A DNA stretch of 29,448 bases from an uncultured bacterium (lineage in GTDB: Bacteria; Patescibacteriota; Minisyncoccia; Phycocordibacterales; CAJXDB01): the NCBI GenBank assembly GCA_913052285.1, contig CAJXDB010000001.1:1-29448 (forward strand), in the 5' to 3' direction. The translations under genes and the position numbers were made by a program. Below are positions 8,349-16,831 of the stretch, in pieces. A model generated the notes under the pieces. The model searched no databases. It had not been told where the DNA came from and saw only the letters and a program-made list of their open reading frames with translations. Position 1 is the first letter of the stretch; every line of letters starts with the position of its first letter.

Positions 8349-9371
8349 ATGAATAAAGGATTCTGGGGAAAACTGGATAAGCCAATATTTGTTTTGGCTC
8401 CAATGGCTGACGTCACAGATGCGACTTTTAGGCGTATTATAGCGAAATACGGCAAGCCAGATGTAATGTGGACTGAATTTGTATCTGCCGATGGACTTTT
8501 TCTGGGAGGCGAAAAAGCAAGAAAGATTTTAATAAAGGATCTTGAGTTTACAGAGGTGGAACGTCCTATTGTTGCTCAATTCTTTACTTCCAGTACGGAA
8601 CGTATGGAAAAAGCATCTAGATTGGCAATGGAGCTTGGTTTTGATGGTATTGATATTAATATGGGCTGCCCCGACAAAAGTATTGAAAAACAGGGAGCGG
8701 GTGCGGCTCTGATAAAAAATCCAGATTTGGCTGTTCAATTAATTAAGTCTGCTAAAAAAGGAGCGGGCGATTTGCCAGTATCGGTTAAGACTCGTATAGG
8801 ATACAATAAAATTGAACTTGAAGAGTGGTTACCGAAACTACTCTCATCAGAGCCGGCAGTCGTAACAATTCACGCTCGCACACGTAAAGAAATGTCAAAA
8901 GTGCCAGCACACTGGGATCAGGTGAAGAGAGCTGTTGAAATAAGAGACGAACTTGGAATTAGTACTTTAATCATCGGAAATGGAGATACTAAAGATTTGA
9001 GCGATGCAGAACAACAAGCACGCGATACTGGTGCGGATGGCATTATGCTAGGACGTGCCATTTTTGGAAACCCGTGGCTGTTTGCCGATTTGGCTCGTGC
9101 CAGGCGCGATCGCCAAACCGAGCATCCGCCGAAGCCTACGGCGAAGGCGGATAATGTACATATTACGGTCAAAGAGTGCCTGGAAATACTTGTTGAGCAC
9201 ACAAAACTATTTGATGAATTACTTCCACACAAGAATTTTTCCATAATGAAAAAACACTATAAGGCGTATGTTACCGGATGGAACGGGGCTAAGGAGTTAC
9301 GAGTGAAGCTAATGGAAACACACAATGCCGACGAGGTTGAAAGTATTATTGCCGATTACCTTAAAGGATGA
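8349..9371 (+). CDS. dus: tRNA-dihydrouridine synthase (Dus family)
   Basis: LAPMADVTD, TEFVSADG, IDINMGCP (catalytic Cys), VSVKTRIG, TIHART, IIGNGD, GIMLGRAIFGNPWLF. Confidence 0.95.
   Translation: MNKGFWGKLDKPIFVLAPMADVTDATFRRIIAKYGKPDVMWTEFVSADGLFLGGEKARKILIKDLEFTEVERPIVAQFFTSSTERMEKASRLAMELGFDGIDINMGCPDKSIEKQGAGAALIKNPDLAVQLIKSAKKGAGDLPVSVKTRIGYNKIELEEWLPKLLSSEPAVVTIHARTRKEMSKVPAHWDQVKRAVEIRDELGISTLIIGNGDTKDLSDAEQQARDTGADGIMLGRAIFGNPWLFADLARARRDRQTEHPPKPTAKADNVHITVKECLEILVEHTKLFDELLPHKNFSIMKKHYKAYVTGWNGAKELRVKLMETHNADEVESIIADYLKG
9124..9152. repeat. GC-rich hairpin element in frame inside dus
   Basis: ATCCGCC-GAA-GCC-TAC-GGC-GAA-GGCGGAT; encodes HPPKPTAKAD in an apparent insertion. Confidence 0.65.
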
Positions 9372-9390
9372 TTTTGTTATAATGACTCTC

Positions 9391-10422
9391 ATGTCAGAGG
9401 TGCTTTACAGAAAATATAGACCGCAAAGTTTTAAAGATGTGCTCGGGCAAGAGCATATTGTTGAGCCGCTTTCAGGAGCTATAAAACAAGGGAACATCGC
9501 TCATGCATATCTTTTTTCCGGTTCTCGTGGGACTGGAAAAACTTCTGTAGCGCGCATTCTTGCGCGCGAGGTTGGAACGAGTGAAAAAGACCTTTATGAA
9601 ATTGACGCGGCTTCGAACAGAGGTATTGATGACGTACGTGAACTTCGTGAGGCTGTTGTTGTTCTTCCGTTTGAATCAACATACAAGGTGTACATTATTG
9701 ACGAGGTACACATGCTTACTAAAGAGGCATTTAATGCACTTCTAAAAACACTCGAAGAACCACCAAAGCACGCTCTTTTTGTACTTGCGACGACTGAAAT
9801 GGAGAAGCTTCCTGAAACAATAGTTTCTCGCTGTCAGACATTTTCTTTCAAAAAACCGTCTACGTCCGTCCTTAAAGAGATGGTTACCACTATTGCAAAA
9901 AAAGAGGGGTTTAATTTAGAGCAGGCCGCGGCTGAACTTATCGCGCTTCTCTCCGATGGTTCGTTTCGTGATGCACACGGAATTCTTCAAAAAATTATAT
10001 CTTCATCTAAGGATAAGAAGGTAAGTCGTTCGGAGGTGGAAGTAGTCACAGGAGCGCCTAAAGGAGTACTGGTAATGGATATAATTCAATCAATTGAGAA
10101 AAGTGATCTTGAAAAAGGATTGTCGGCTATTGGAAAAGCTGTAGAGCAGAATGTTGATATGAAGGTGTTTATGAAACTTGTCCTACACCATATTCGGTCA
10201 ATTCTTCTTATTCGCTTTGCACACGATATGGAGAGCCACATCAAAACACAATTTTCGAAAGAGGATTTTGAGTTTCTCAAGAGTATTGCTGACAATAAAG
10301 ACTCAAAAATAAATGCGGCAATCCTATCCGGACTTCTCGAAGCGTACTCGCGGATCGGATACTCACACATTCCCGAGCTTCCGATTGAGTTGGCTCTCGT
10401 ATCGTTTTCAGAAAAGACATGA
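9391..10422 (+). CDS. dnaX: DNA polymerase III subunit gamma/tau (short form)
   Basis: LYRKYRPQSF-x-DVLGQ, Walker A GSRGTGKT, EIDAAS, IIDEVHML, LLKTLEEPP, SRCQ, GSFRDA. Start at 9391 is 7 nt after TGTTATAAT; 9382 is the alternative. Confidence 0.95.
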   Translation: MSEVLYRKYRPQSFKDVLGQEHIVEPLSGAIKQGNIAHAYLFSGSRGTGKTSVARILAREVGTSEKDLYEIDAASNRGIDDVRELREAVVVLPFESTYKVYIIDEVHMLTKEAFNALLKTLEEPPKHALFVLATTEMEKLPETIVSRCQTFSFKKPSTSVLKEMVTTIAKKEGFNLEQAAAELIALLSDGSFRDAHGILQKIISSSKDKKVSRSEVEVVTGAPKGVLVMDIIQSIEKSDLEKGLSAIGKAVEQNVDMKVFMKLVLHHIRSILLIRFAHDMESHIKTQFSKEDFEFLKSIADNKDSKINAAILSGLLEAYSRIGYSHIPELPIELALVSFSEKT

Positions 10423-11057
10423 AGAAAAAAGTATATTTTGTACGACACGGTGAGAGTGAAGATAATGCAAAGAAAATTTTTCATGGAGCTTCATCGCGCT
10501 TAAGTAAACTTGGTGTTGAGCAGGCAGAGTTTGTGGCGGAGCGCTTCACAAAGCTTCCGGTTGATATTGTGCTTTCGAGTAATTTGGGACGTGCACAAGA
10601 AACTGCAGAAATCATTACAAAGCGTATTAGAAAGGAACTTGTTGTTTCAGATCTATTTCAAGAACTCATACGTCCATCTGAATTAAATGGAAGGACTATT
10701 GATGATCCGGTTACCGTTCAGGCAAAAAAGGAAATAAATGACCATGCACATGATCCTAAGTGGCATTACTCTGACGAAGAAAACTTTACAGAGTTTCGTG
10801 ACCGTCTGAAAAAGGCCTTTCTCTTTATAGAAGAGCGGCCAGAAGAGAATATCGCCGTGGTGTCACATTACAATGCAATACGAATGCTTTTAACAGTCAT
10901 GCTTGACCCCGAGGCAACGCCAGAACTTTTTCAGCAAGTTTACAGTCTATTCCACATACAAAATACGGGTATTACAGTTTATGAGCGCGGCTTTAACAAA
11001 ATTGATCCGGATAACTGGAAGCTTGTTACCTGGAACGATCACGCACATCTAGGGTAA
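10419..11057 (+). CDS. Histidine phosphatase family protein
   Basis: FVRHGES catalytic motif, SS-x-L-x-RA-x-ETA, VVSH, C-terminal WND-x-x-HL. Confidence 0.9.
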   Translation: MKKKVYFVRHGESEDNAKKIFHGASSRLSKLGVEQAEFVAERFTKLPVDIVLSSNLGRAQETAEIITKRIRKELVVSDLFQELIRPSELNGRTIDDPVTVQAKKEINDHAHDPKWHYSDEENFTEFRDRLKKAFLFIEERPEENIAVVSHYNAIRMLLTVMLDPEATPELFQQVYSLFHIQNTGITVYERGFNKIDPDNWKLVTWNDHAHLG

Positions 11058-11071
11058 GAAAATTACTCAAC

Positions 11072-11103
11072 ACAAAATCATACGATATATCGTATGATTT
11101 TGT
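11072..11103. repeat. Perfect 32-bp palindrome, copy 2
   Basis: ACAAAATCATACGATA|TATCGTATGATTTTGT. Confidence 0.9.
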
Positions 11104-11115
11104 ATCTGTGGTAGG

Positions 11116-11144
11116 TTGAGTAACTTAAAAAATCGTTGTATTGT
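11116..11144 (+). promoter_or_regulatory. Putative tRNA-Gln promoter
   Basis: TTGAGT-17 nt-TATTGT, ending 10 nt before the tRNA. Confidence 0.55.
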
Positions 11145-11154
11145 TGCGATACAT

Positions 11155-11225
11155 TGCCGGATCGTCTAATGGTAGGACACATGGTTTTGGTCCATGGAAT
11201 CTAGGTTCGAGTCCTAGTCCGGCAG
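11155..11225 (+). tRNA. tRNA-Gln(TTG)
   Basis: Acceptor TGCCGGA/TCCGGCA with U1-A72, anticodon arm CATGG-TTTTGGT-CCATG (TTG at 11187-11189), T arm CTAGG-TTCGAGT-CCTAG; CCA not encoded. Confidence 0.96.
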
Positions 11226-11254
11226 CACTTCAACTCGCTTCGCTCACTCAGTGC
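11225..11254 (+). repeat. Mini-repeat directly 3' of tRNA-Gln
   Basis: GCACT-TCAACTCGCTTCGCTCACTC-AGTGC; shares the CTTCRAC...CTCAG frame with the topA element and the 12-mer ACTCGCTTCGCT with the hairpin at 23663. Confidence 0.55.
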
Positions 11255-11297
11255 AGGCACGGAGCAGTAATACTGTGATTTTTGATATACTAATGAA

Positions 11298-11903
11298 ATG
11301 TATATAGAGCCAAGGCAAAAAAAAATACTCTGGGCTTTTCTATTGATGATCGCCTTCTTCATCTCCGTATTTATATATCAGTTAAATTATGAATTTATAG
11401 GATATGTCGTAGTTGTACTTCTACTTTCACTATTAGTTATTGTATCCAATAGATACGTAACATATCCAACGTATGTGCTCTGGGGCCTTCTTGGGTGGGC
11501 ATTTTTACATATGCTTGGAGGGGTTGAGTTTGAGCCAGGCAGCGTCATCTATACATATCAAATTTTAGATATAGTAGGTGAGCCGTACAGTATTTTGAAG
11601 TATGATCAAATAACTCACACGTACGGTTTCTTCGTTGCAACTCTTGCTATGTTTTATGTAATAAGGAAGTATCTGAGTATTCCATTCAGTTGGATTGAAG
11701 TTGGAATAGTAGTAGCTATGGCAGGAGTTGGTCTTGGAGCATTTAATGAAATTGTTGAGTTTATTATGGTAGTTACGTTACCTGATACTAATGTTGGAGG
11801 CTATGAAAATACAATAATTGATCTAGTCTCTAATTTAATTGGAGCGATTGCGGCTGTATTTTTCTTGCGTCATCGTGAGAAAAAAAGGTCTTATAGTTTG
11901 TGA
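11298..11903 (+). CDS. Polytopic membrane protein, DUF2238/YjdF-like
   Basis: About six hydrophobic segments; YD-x-x-x-H and E-x-x-EF motifs. Confidence 0.7.
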   Translation: MYIEPRQKKILWAFLLMIAFFISVFIYQLNYEFIGYVVVVLLLSLLVIVSNRYVTYPTYVLWGLLGWAFLHMLGGVEFEPGSVIYTYQILDIVGEPYSILKYDQITHTYGFFVATLAMFYVIRKYLSIPFSWIEVGIVVAMAGVGLGAFNEIVEFIMVVTLPDTNVGGYENTIIDLVSNLIGAIAAVFFLRHREKKRSYSL

Positions 11904-11995
11904 TATTATAGAGAATATGGCAAAAGGAAGAGATAAACAAAGAAGAGAGAAAAAGAAGCCGAAGAAGGCTAAAGGCAACGTTCACAAATTCTAAT

Positions 11996-12586
11996 ATGAA
12001 GATTGTATACATATTAATTATAGTCGCAGTGTTCATAGCTGTAGGCTATTTCTTTTTACCAAAGGAGTCGGACGAGCCAAAGGTAGACATTACAAATAAA
12101 GAGACAATTATGACCGCAACAATAAAAACCAATAAAGGAGATATTCAAATCGAATTATTAGGTGACGATGCACCGAATACTGTTGAGAATTTTAAAACTC
12201 TCGTCGAGAAAGATTTTTATAACGGCACAAAGTTTCATCGTGTAATTAAAGGATTTATGATTCAGGGCGGAGATCCACTAAGTAAGGATGATTCGCAAGA
12301 AGCCATGTGGGGAACAGGAGGTCCTGGATACACTTTCTCCGACGAGATTCATGCAAATAATAAGAATGTTGTCGGAACAATATCTATGGCAAACGCTGGA
12401 CCAAACACTAATGGAAGCCAGTTCTTTATAAACGTGGCAGATAATGATGGACTTGATACGAAACATACTGTATTTGGTCGTGTAATATCTGGAATGGAAG
12501 TTGTGACGGAAATAGAGAACACTCCAACAGAGGGGTCTGACAGACCTGTTGACGCTATGGTGATTGAGAGCATTGAGATTAAGTAA
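11996..12586 (+). CDS. Cyclophilin-type peptidyl-prolyl isomerase with N-terminal membrane anchor
   Basis: FYNGTKFHRVIKGFMIQGGDP, SMANAGPNTNGSQFFI, HTVFGRV. Confidence 0.96.
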   Translation: MKIVYILIIVAVFIAVGYFFLPKESDEPKVDITNKETIMTATIKTNKGDIQIELLGDDAPNTVENFKTLVEKDFYNGTKFHRVIKGFMIQGGDPLSKDDSQEAMWGTGGPGYTFSDEIHANNKNVVGTISMANAGPNTNGSQFFINVADNDGLDTKHTVFGRVISGMEVVTEIENTPTEGSDRPVDAMVIESIEIK

Positions 12587-12587
12587 T

Positions 12588-12938
12588 GTGAAGAAATATC
12601 TAATCTATGTACTTATTGCAGCTCTTATAGTAGCTGGTGCAATTTATTTCCTTTCTGACGTTACGACTGATTCCGATGTCTATGTTGATATTGGAGATAC
12701 TGTACTTGACCCAATAGGTACTACAGAACCTACTGGAGACATAATTGTTTGTGAGCCGGAACAGAGAGGTCCGGGAGTCTGCGCTGAGATCTACCAGCCG
12801 GTATGTGGAAAAGTGAATGTCCAGTGTGTTACCGAGCCGTGTGATCAGGTATTTGAAACTTTTTCAAATTCATGTTTTGCGTGTGGGAATTCTCTAGTTG
12901 AGTCATATATTGAGGGAGAGTGTGTTGCTAAACAATAA
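12588..12938 (+). CDS. Membrane-anchored protein with a Kazal-like Cys-rich domain
   Basis: GTG start just after the cyclophilin stop; N-terminal TM; C-x9-CAEIYQPVCG...TFSNSCFAC...GEC. Confidence 0.7.
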   Translation: MKKYLIYVLIAALIVAGAIYFLSDVTTDSDVYVDIGDTVLDPIGTTEPTGDIIVCEPEQRGPGVCAEIYQPVCGKVNVQCVTEPCDQVFETFSNSCFACGNSLVESYIEGECVAKQ

Positions 12939-12967
12939 TTTAACCACGTGTTTTTTATGATATACTC

Positions 12968-13930
12968 ATGTCGTTTATGACTGTGGGGTATGACAAAAAG
13001 CTTGCGCGATCTCTGGTTCTTGACGAACTATTTGATCTAACGCTTTACAAGAGACTTCAGCCGTTTGCAAGGGGGCCGATTGTCGACGTACTTGAAGAGC
13101 TGATTTCTATTGAAACCAAACATCTTGCCTTTTGGCAGGATTTTTTCAATGTTCGTATTACGCGCCTCGACGTTCTGCGCCGTATTAAGCTAGTAGGATT
13201 AGTGCTTTTTTGTCGCATATTTGGAACACGGGGCATTCATCTTGTTCTTGAGGCAATTGAAGTGCACGGCATTAAAAAATATCTTGCCGTGTGGGAATTT
13301 TACAAAGATGATCCGCTTGGCGCGGCCGTTAAAGGCGTGCTTGTGGAAGAGTTCAAACACGAGGATGAGATCGTACTTGAGTCTGTGAAGCAAAAAATTC
13401 ACCCTGAACGTATACGAGACATTTTCCTTGGCTTTAATGACGGTTTAGTTGAAATACTTGGAGCAGTGAGCGGTTTTTTTGCGGCGTTTCAGACAACGTC
13501 GTCCGTGTTAGTAGCAGGTTTTACCGTAGCTGTCGCAGGATCAATCTCAATGGCCGCAGGAGCATTCGTGGCAATGGGGTCAGAAAAGGAGGTTGAAGAT
13601 ACTGAAGTTCGAAAGAAGAAGTTTCTTGGCGAAGGAGTTGAAGAGAGTAATGGTGTTCGACCACTTGGGTCAGCATTCGTTGTCGGTATTTCATATTTTA
13701 TTGGTGCTATGGTGCCGGTACTCCCGGTACTTTTTGGTGCACAGAATCTTACCATTTCAGTTATTGCCGCTATAGTAGTGATAATTATTGTGTCATACCT
13801 TCTTGCTTTTCTCTCCGGCATGGATGTTAAAAAACGAATTGTAACAAATCTTATTATCATTATATTTGCCGTTGTCGTGACATACTCAATTGGTATTGCG
13901 GCAAAAACTATCTGGGGAATTAGTATTTAA
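12968..13930 (+). CDS. Ferritin/rubrerythrin-like domain fused to a VIT1/CCC1 transporter (MbfA-like architecture)
   Basis: N-terminal E-x-x-H pairs (ETKH, EFKH); VIT1 motifs G-x-NDGLVE-x-LG and AGSISMAAG. Start may be the ATG at 12977. Confidence 0.8.
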   Translation: MSFMTVGYDKKLARSLVLDELFDLTLYKRLQPFARGPIVDVLEELISIETKHLAFWQDFFNVRITRLDVLRRIKLVGLVLFCRIFGTRGIHLVLEAIEVHGIKKYLAVWEFYKDDPLGAAVKGVLVEEFKHEDEIVLESVKQKIHPERIRDIFLGFNDGLVEILGAVSGFFAAFQTTSSVLVAGFTVAVAGSISMAAGAFVAMGSEKEVEDTEVRKKKFLGEGVEESNGVRPLGSAFVVGISYFIGAMVPVLPVLFGAQNLTISVIAAIVVIIIVSYLLAFLSGMDVKKRIVTNLIIIIFAVVVTYSIGIAAKTIWGISI

Positions 13931-14682
13931 TGAATGGAGAGCATTTAAAACTTGTGTCGCTTAACATTGAGCGGGATAAACATCTTGATCGTGTGTTCCC
14001 ATTTATTAAACAAGAAGATCCTGATGTAGTATGTATTCAGGAGTTAATGAGTGGAGATTTTGAGATCTTTGAGAAAGAGCTTCAAATGAAAGGGTCGTTT
14101 ACACCACTTACCAGGCGGGCAATTAATCGCGATGGAGAAGAGTCTTTAGAGTTTTTTAGTATTGCTCTTTTTACAAAACTTCCTATACACGGAGAAATTT
14201 CATCTGCATATTACGCCGGTAACCCTGGTGTGGTAAAGGATTATGAAGGGACAAATGCTAAAACAAAAAGTAGTACGAGCAGTAGAATGGTTGTGCACGC
14301 GACTGTTTGTAAGGGAGATGATAAGTTCACTGTGGGTACTACACATTTTACATGGACTGGTGATGGAAAGGTTGACGGCCAGCAAAGGGTAGACCTTGAA
14401 CGTATGTTTGAGATACTCGATAATATTCCCGAAATTGTTTTATGTGGCGACTTCAATGCTCCGCGCGGAGGTGAAATTTTCAACTCTCTGTCCGAACGAT
14501 TTACCGATTATATTCCAAAACACTATACGACAAGCATTGACGGAAATCTTCACTACGCTGGAGATCTCAAGGTTATGGTCGATGGGCTTTTCAGTACGCC
14601 GCACTATACTGCGAGAAATACTAAACTTGTTTGCGGCGTAAGCGATCACTGTGCTGTCGTATCAGAGATCTTACGAGTATAA
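13930..14682 (+). CDS. Endonuclease/exonuclease/phosphatase family protein
   Basis: SLNIE, PDVVCIQE, THF, LCGDFN, D-x-x-F, SDH motifs. Confidence 0.9.
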   Translation: MNGEHLKLVSLNIERDKHLDRVFPFIKQEDPDVVCIQELMSGDFEIFEKELQMKGSFTPLTRRAINRDGEESLEFFSIALFTKLPIHGEISSAYYAGNPGVVKDYEGTNAKTKSSTSSRMVVHATVCKGDDKFTVGTTHFTWTGDGKVDGQQRVDLERMFEILDNIPEIVLCGDFNAPRGGEIFNSLSERFTDYIPKHYTTSIDGNLHYAGDLKVMVDGLFSTPHYTARNTKLVCGVSDHCAVVSEILRV

Positions 14683-14722
14683 GTATTGTTTTTTATCTAT
14701 AAGTTTACGTATACTAATTGGT

Positions 14723-14806
14723 ATGAGTAATGAAAGAGCGTTAATCGCAGTACTTATTTCTGTTTTCATTGTGTTGTTTGTATTTTTCTCATCATCTTTG
14801 GGATAA
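14723..14806 (+). CDS. Putative 27-aa single-TM microprotein (absent from ORF track)
   Basis: MSNERALIAVLISVFIVLFVFFSSSLG; TATACT 7 nt upstream of the ATG. Confidence 0.45.
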   Translation: MSNERALIAVLISVFIVLFVFFSSSLG

Positions 14807-14813
14807 TTGTAAT

Positions 14814-15488
14814 ATGCAAGTAGTTATATTAGCTGGCGGTAGGGGAAAGCGAATGCAGTCGCTTACACAGAATATTCAAAAGGCGATGCTTACCGTCTCT
14901 GGCAAAAATCTAATAGAGTATAAACTTGGTATTCTGCCTCCAGAGGTTGATAAAATTGTCATTACAATAGGTTATTTGGGAGAACAAATTACTGGGCATT
15001 TTGGAGACGAATGGAATGGAAAGAAGATTCATTATGTTGAACAGGGCAACCTTGAGGGTACTGGGCATGCACTTTTCAAGGCTAAACATTTACTTCAAGA
15101 TAGGTTTGTCGTAATGATGGGGGATGATATTTACTCACGGGAAGACTTGTCAGAGTGTCTTAAACACCCGTGGGCAATGCTTGTTAAAAAATCAGACTAC
15201 CCAGGTGATGGCGGAAAAGTAGTTCTTGATAAACATGGGCATCTTTTAAATATAGTTGAGGGGTCGTGGGATAAGAATTTTTATATTAATACAGGGCTGT
15301 ACGTTCTTGGGAAAGAGTTTTTTAACTATTCACTCGTTCAAATTCAAAGCGGAGAATTTGGATTACCTCAAACTCTCGTTGAGGCGGCAAAAGATTTCGA
15401 TGTTAAAGTTGTTGAAGCAGAGTGGTGGACAAAAATTACAAGTCCTGAAGACATAAAAAGAGTAGAGGAAATGCTTTCAGCACGCTGA
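14814..15488 (+). CDS. Sugar-phosphate nucleotidyltransferase family protein
   Basis: ILAGGRGKRM, EQ-x-x-x-x-GTGHAL, VMMGDD, INTGLY; start at ATG 14814. Confidence 0.88.
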   Translation: MQVVILAGGRGKRMQSLTQNIQKAMLTVSGKNLIEYKLGILPPEVDKIVITIGYLGEQITGHFGDEWNGKKIHYVEQGNLEGTGHALFKAKHLLQDRFVVMMGDDIYSREDLSECLKHPWAMLVKKSDYPGDGGKVVLDKHGHLLNIVEGSWDKNFYINTGLYVLGKEFFNYSLVQIQSGEFGLPQTLVEAAKDFDVKVVEAEWWTKITSPEDIKRVEEMLSAR

Positions 15489-15621
15489 CATATTGACACA
15501 CGTTGCAGTGTCGTGTTTTCATTTAAATACTATTGCATTTTGAAATGTTGTGATACCCTATGGGGAGCGTTTTCGCTTTACATTATAGCGGTCGATTATT
15601 ACTAGCAGGAATACTATACAT

Positions 15622-16062
15622 ATGGGTAACAAAAATATACTTATTATCGTTGTTATCGTCATTATTATTGCTCTTGGTCTATTCTTCTTCATGAACGGTG
15701 ATGATACTGGAACGACTACTCCAGATGACGATCAAGCTTCAGCAGATGAAACAACTCTTGCTTCTGCAGTAGTTGCCGCAACATCTGAAGCTCTCGGTGA
15801 TCATCTTACCGATGCAGACGGACGCGCAATCTACACTACTTCAAAGGGAAGCTGTGTTGACGACTGTCTTTCAGCGTGGCCAGCATATACTGGAGATGCA
15901 GAGATGACTGACGGCGACCTGGGAACTGTTATGCGTGAAGATACAGGAGAGTACCAGTACACCTGGAAGGGTGAAGGACTCTACTACTACAGTGGTGACA
16001 GTGAAGCAGGTGACGTAAACGGTGATGGATTCGGCGGAGTGTGGTCAGTTGCACGACCGTAA
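15622..16062 (+). CDS. Membrane-anchored secreted repeat protein (COG4315-like)
   Basis: N-terminal TM; G-x-x-x-Y...C-x-x-x-C-x-x-x-WP, then Q-x-T-x-KG-x-x-LYYY-x-x-D...G-x-x-NG-x-G-x-x-G-x-W. Confidence 0.8.
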   Translation: MGNKNILIIVVIVIIIALGLFFFMNGDDTGTTTPDDDQASADETTLASAVVAATSEALGDHLTDADGRAIYTTSKGSCVDDCLSAWPAYTGDAEMTDGDLGTVMREDTGEYQYTWKGEGLYYYSGDSEAGDVNGDGFGGVWSVARP

Positions 16063-16080
16063 CGAAATTTGAGAAAAAAT

Positions 16081-16117
16081 CAAAACCGGTCACGATGTTA
16101 CGTCGTGACCGGTTTTG
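16081..16117. terminator. Intrinsic terminator-like hairpin
   Basis: 15-bp perfect stem CAAAACCGGTCACGA/TCGTGACCGGTTTTG after the 15622-16062 gene. Confidence 0.7.
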
Positions 16118-16151
16118 TATTTAATTATTAATAGTGTAAAATGGCGCCATT

Positions 16152-16763
16152 ATGGATACACAAAAAACAATTTTAATTGGCATACTCGTAGGAGCAATTG
16201 TTGGCGCAGGAGCTTCGGTGGCAATTCAAAATATTGGTATAACTGACGAAGATAGGATACGTGATTTTTACCTTTCTGAAACTGCAGTTATTGTAAGTCC
16301 CCACGGTCTTAGAAAGAAAATGGACAGAGGAGATTCTGATTTTCTTTTAGTTGATGTAAGAAGCCAAGAAGAATACGAGGAAGAGCATATTGTGGGCGCT
16401 GTGAATGTTCCCGCATATTCTGATCGATTTACATCAGCCTACGGCGAGGTAGACAGAATTGTTAATAGTTTTCGAGAACTTATTGAAACTAATCCTGAAA
16501 AAGACATTATTGTGTACTGCTATAGTATTCCATGCATGACTGGACGGAAGGTAGGTAAGATGCTTGCTGGGAATGATATGTATGTAAAAGAGCTTGGTAT
16601 TGGATGGAATGAATGGCGGTATTTTTGGACTCTTTGGAATCATCCGCATGAGTGGGATATCACAAGTCCTGAAGAATATGTTGTAAGTGGTACTGAGCCG
16701 GGGATTCCAACAATTCGTACTGACTCTACAGCGTGTCCAATTGAGGGAGAATTTGGTTGTTAG
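16152..16763 (+). CDS. Membrane-anchored rhodanese-like protein
   Basis: LLVDVRS-x-EEYEEEHI-x-GAVNVP, IIVYC active-site loop, L-x-x-GW-x-EW. Confidence 0.85.
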   Translation: MDTQKTILIGILVGAIVGAGASVAIQNIGITDEDRIRDFYLSETAVIVSPHGLRKKMDRGDSDFLLVDVRSQEEYEEEHIVGAVNVPAYSDRFTSAYGEVDRIVNSFRELIETNPEKDIIVYCYSIPCMTGRKVGKMLAGNDMYVKELGIGWNEWRYFWTLWNHPHEWDITSPEEYVVSGTEPGIPTIRTDSTACPIEGEFGC

Positions 16764-16831
16764 TGGATAGCTACTCTTTTGCAAAATGTAAAATTGCGTA
16801 TCATTAACAACATATACATAATAACTAGTGT

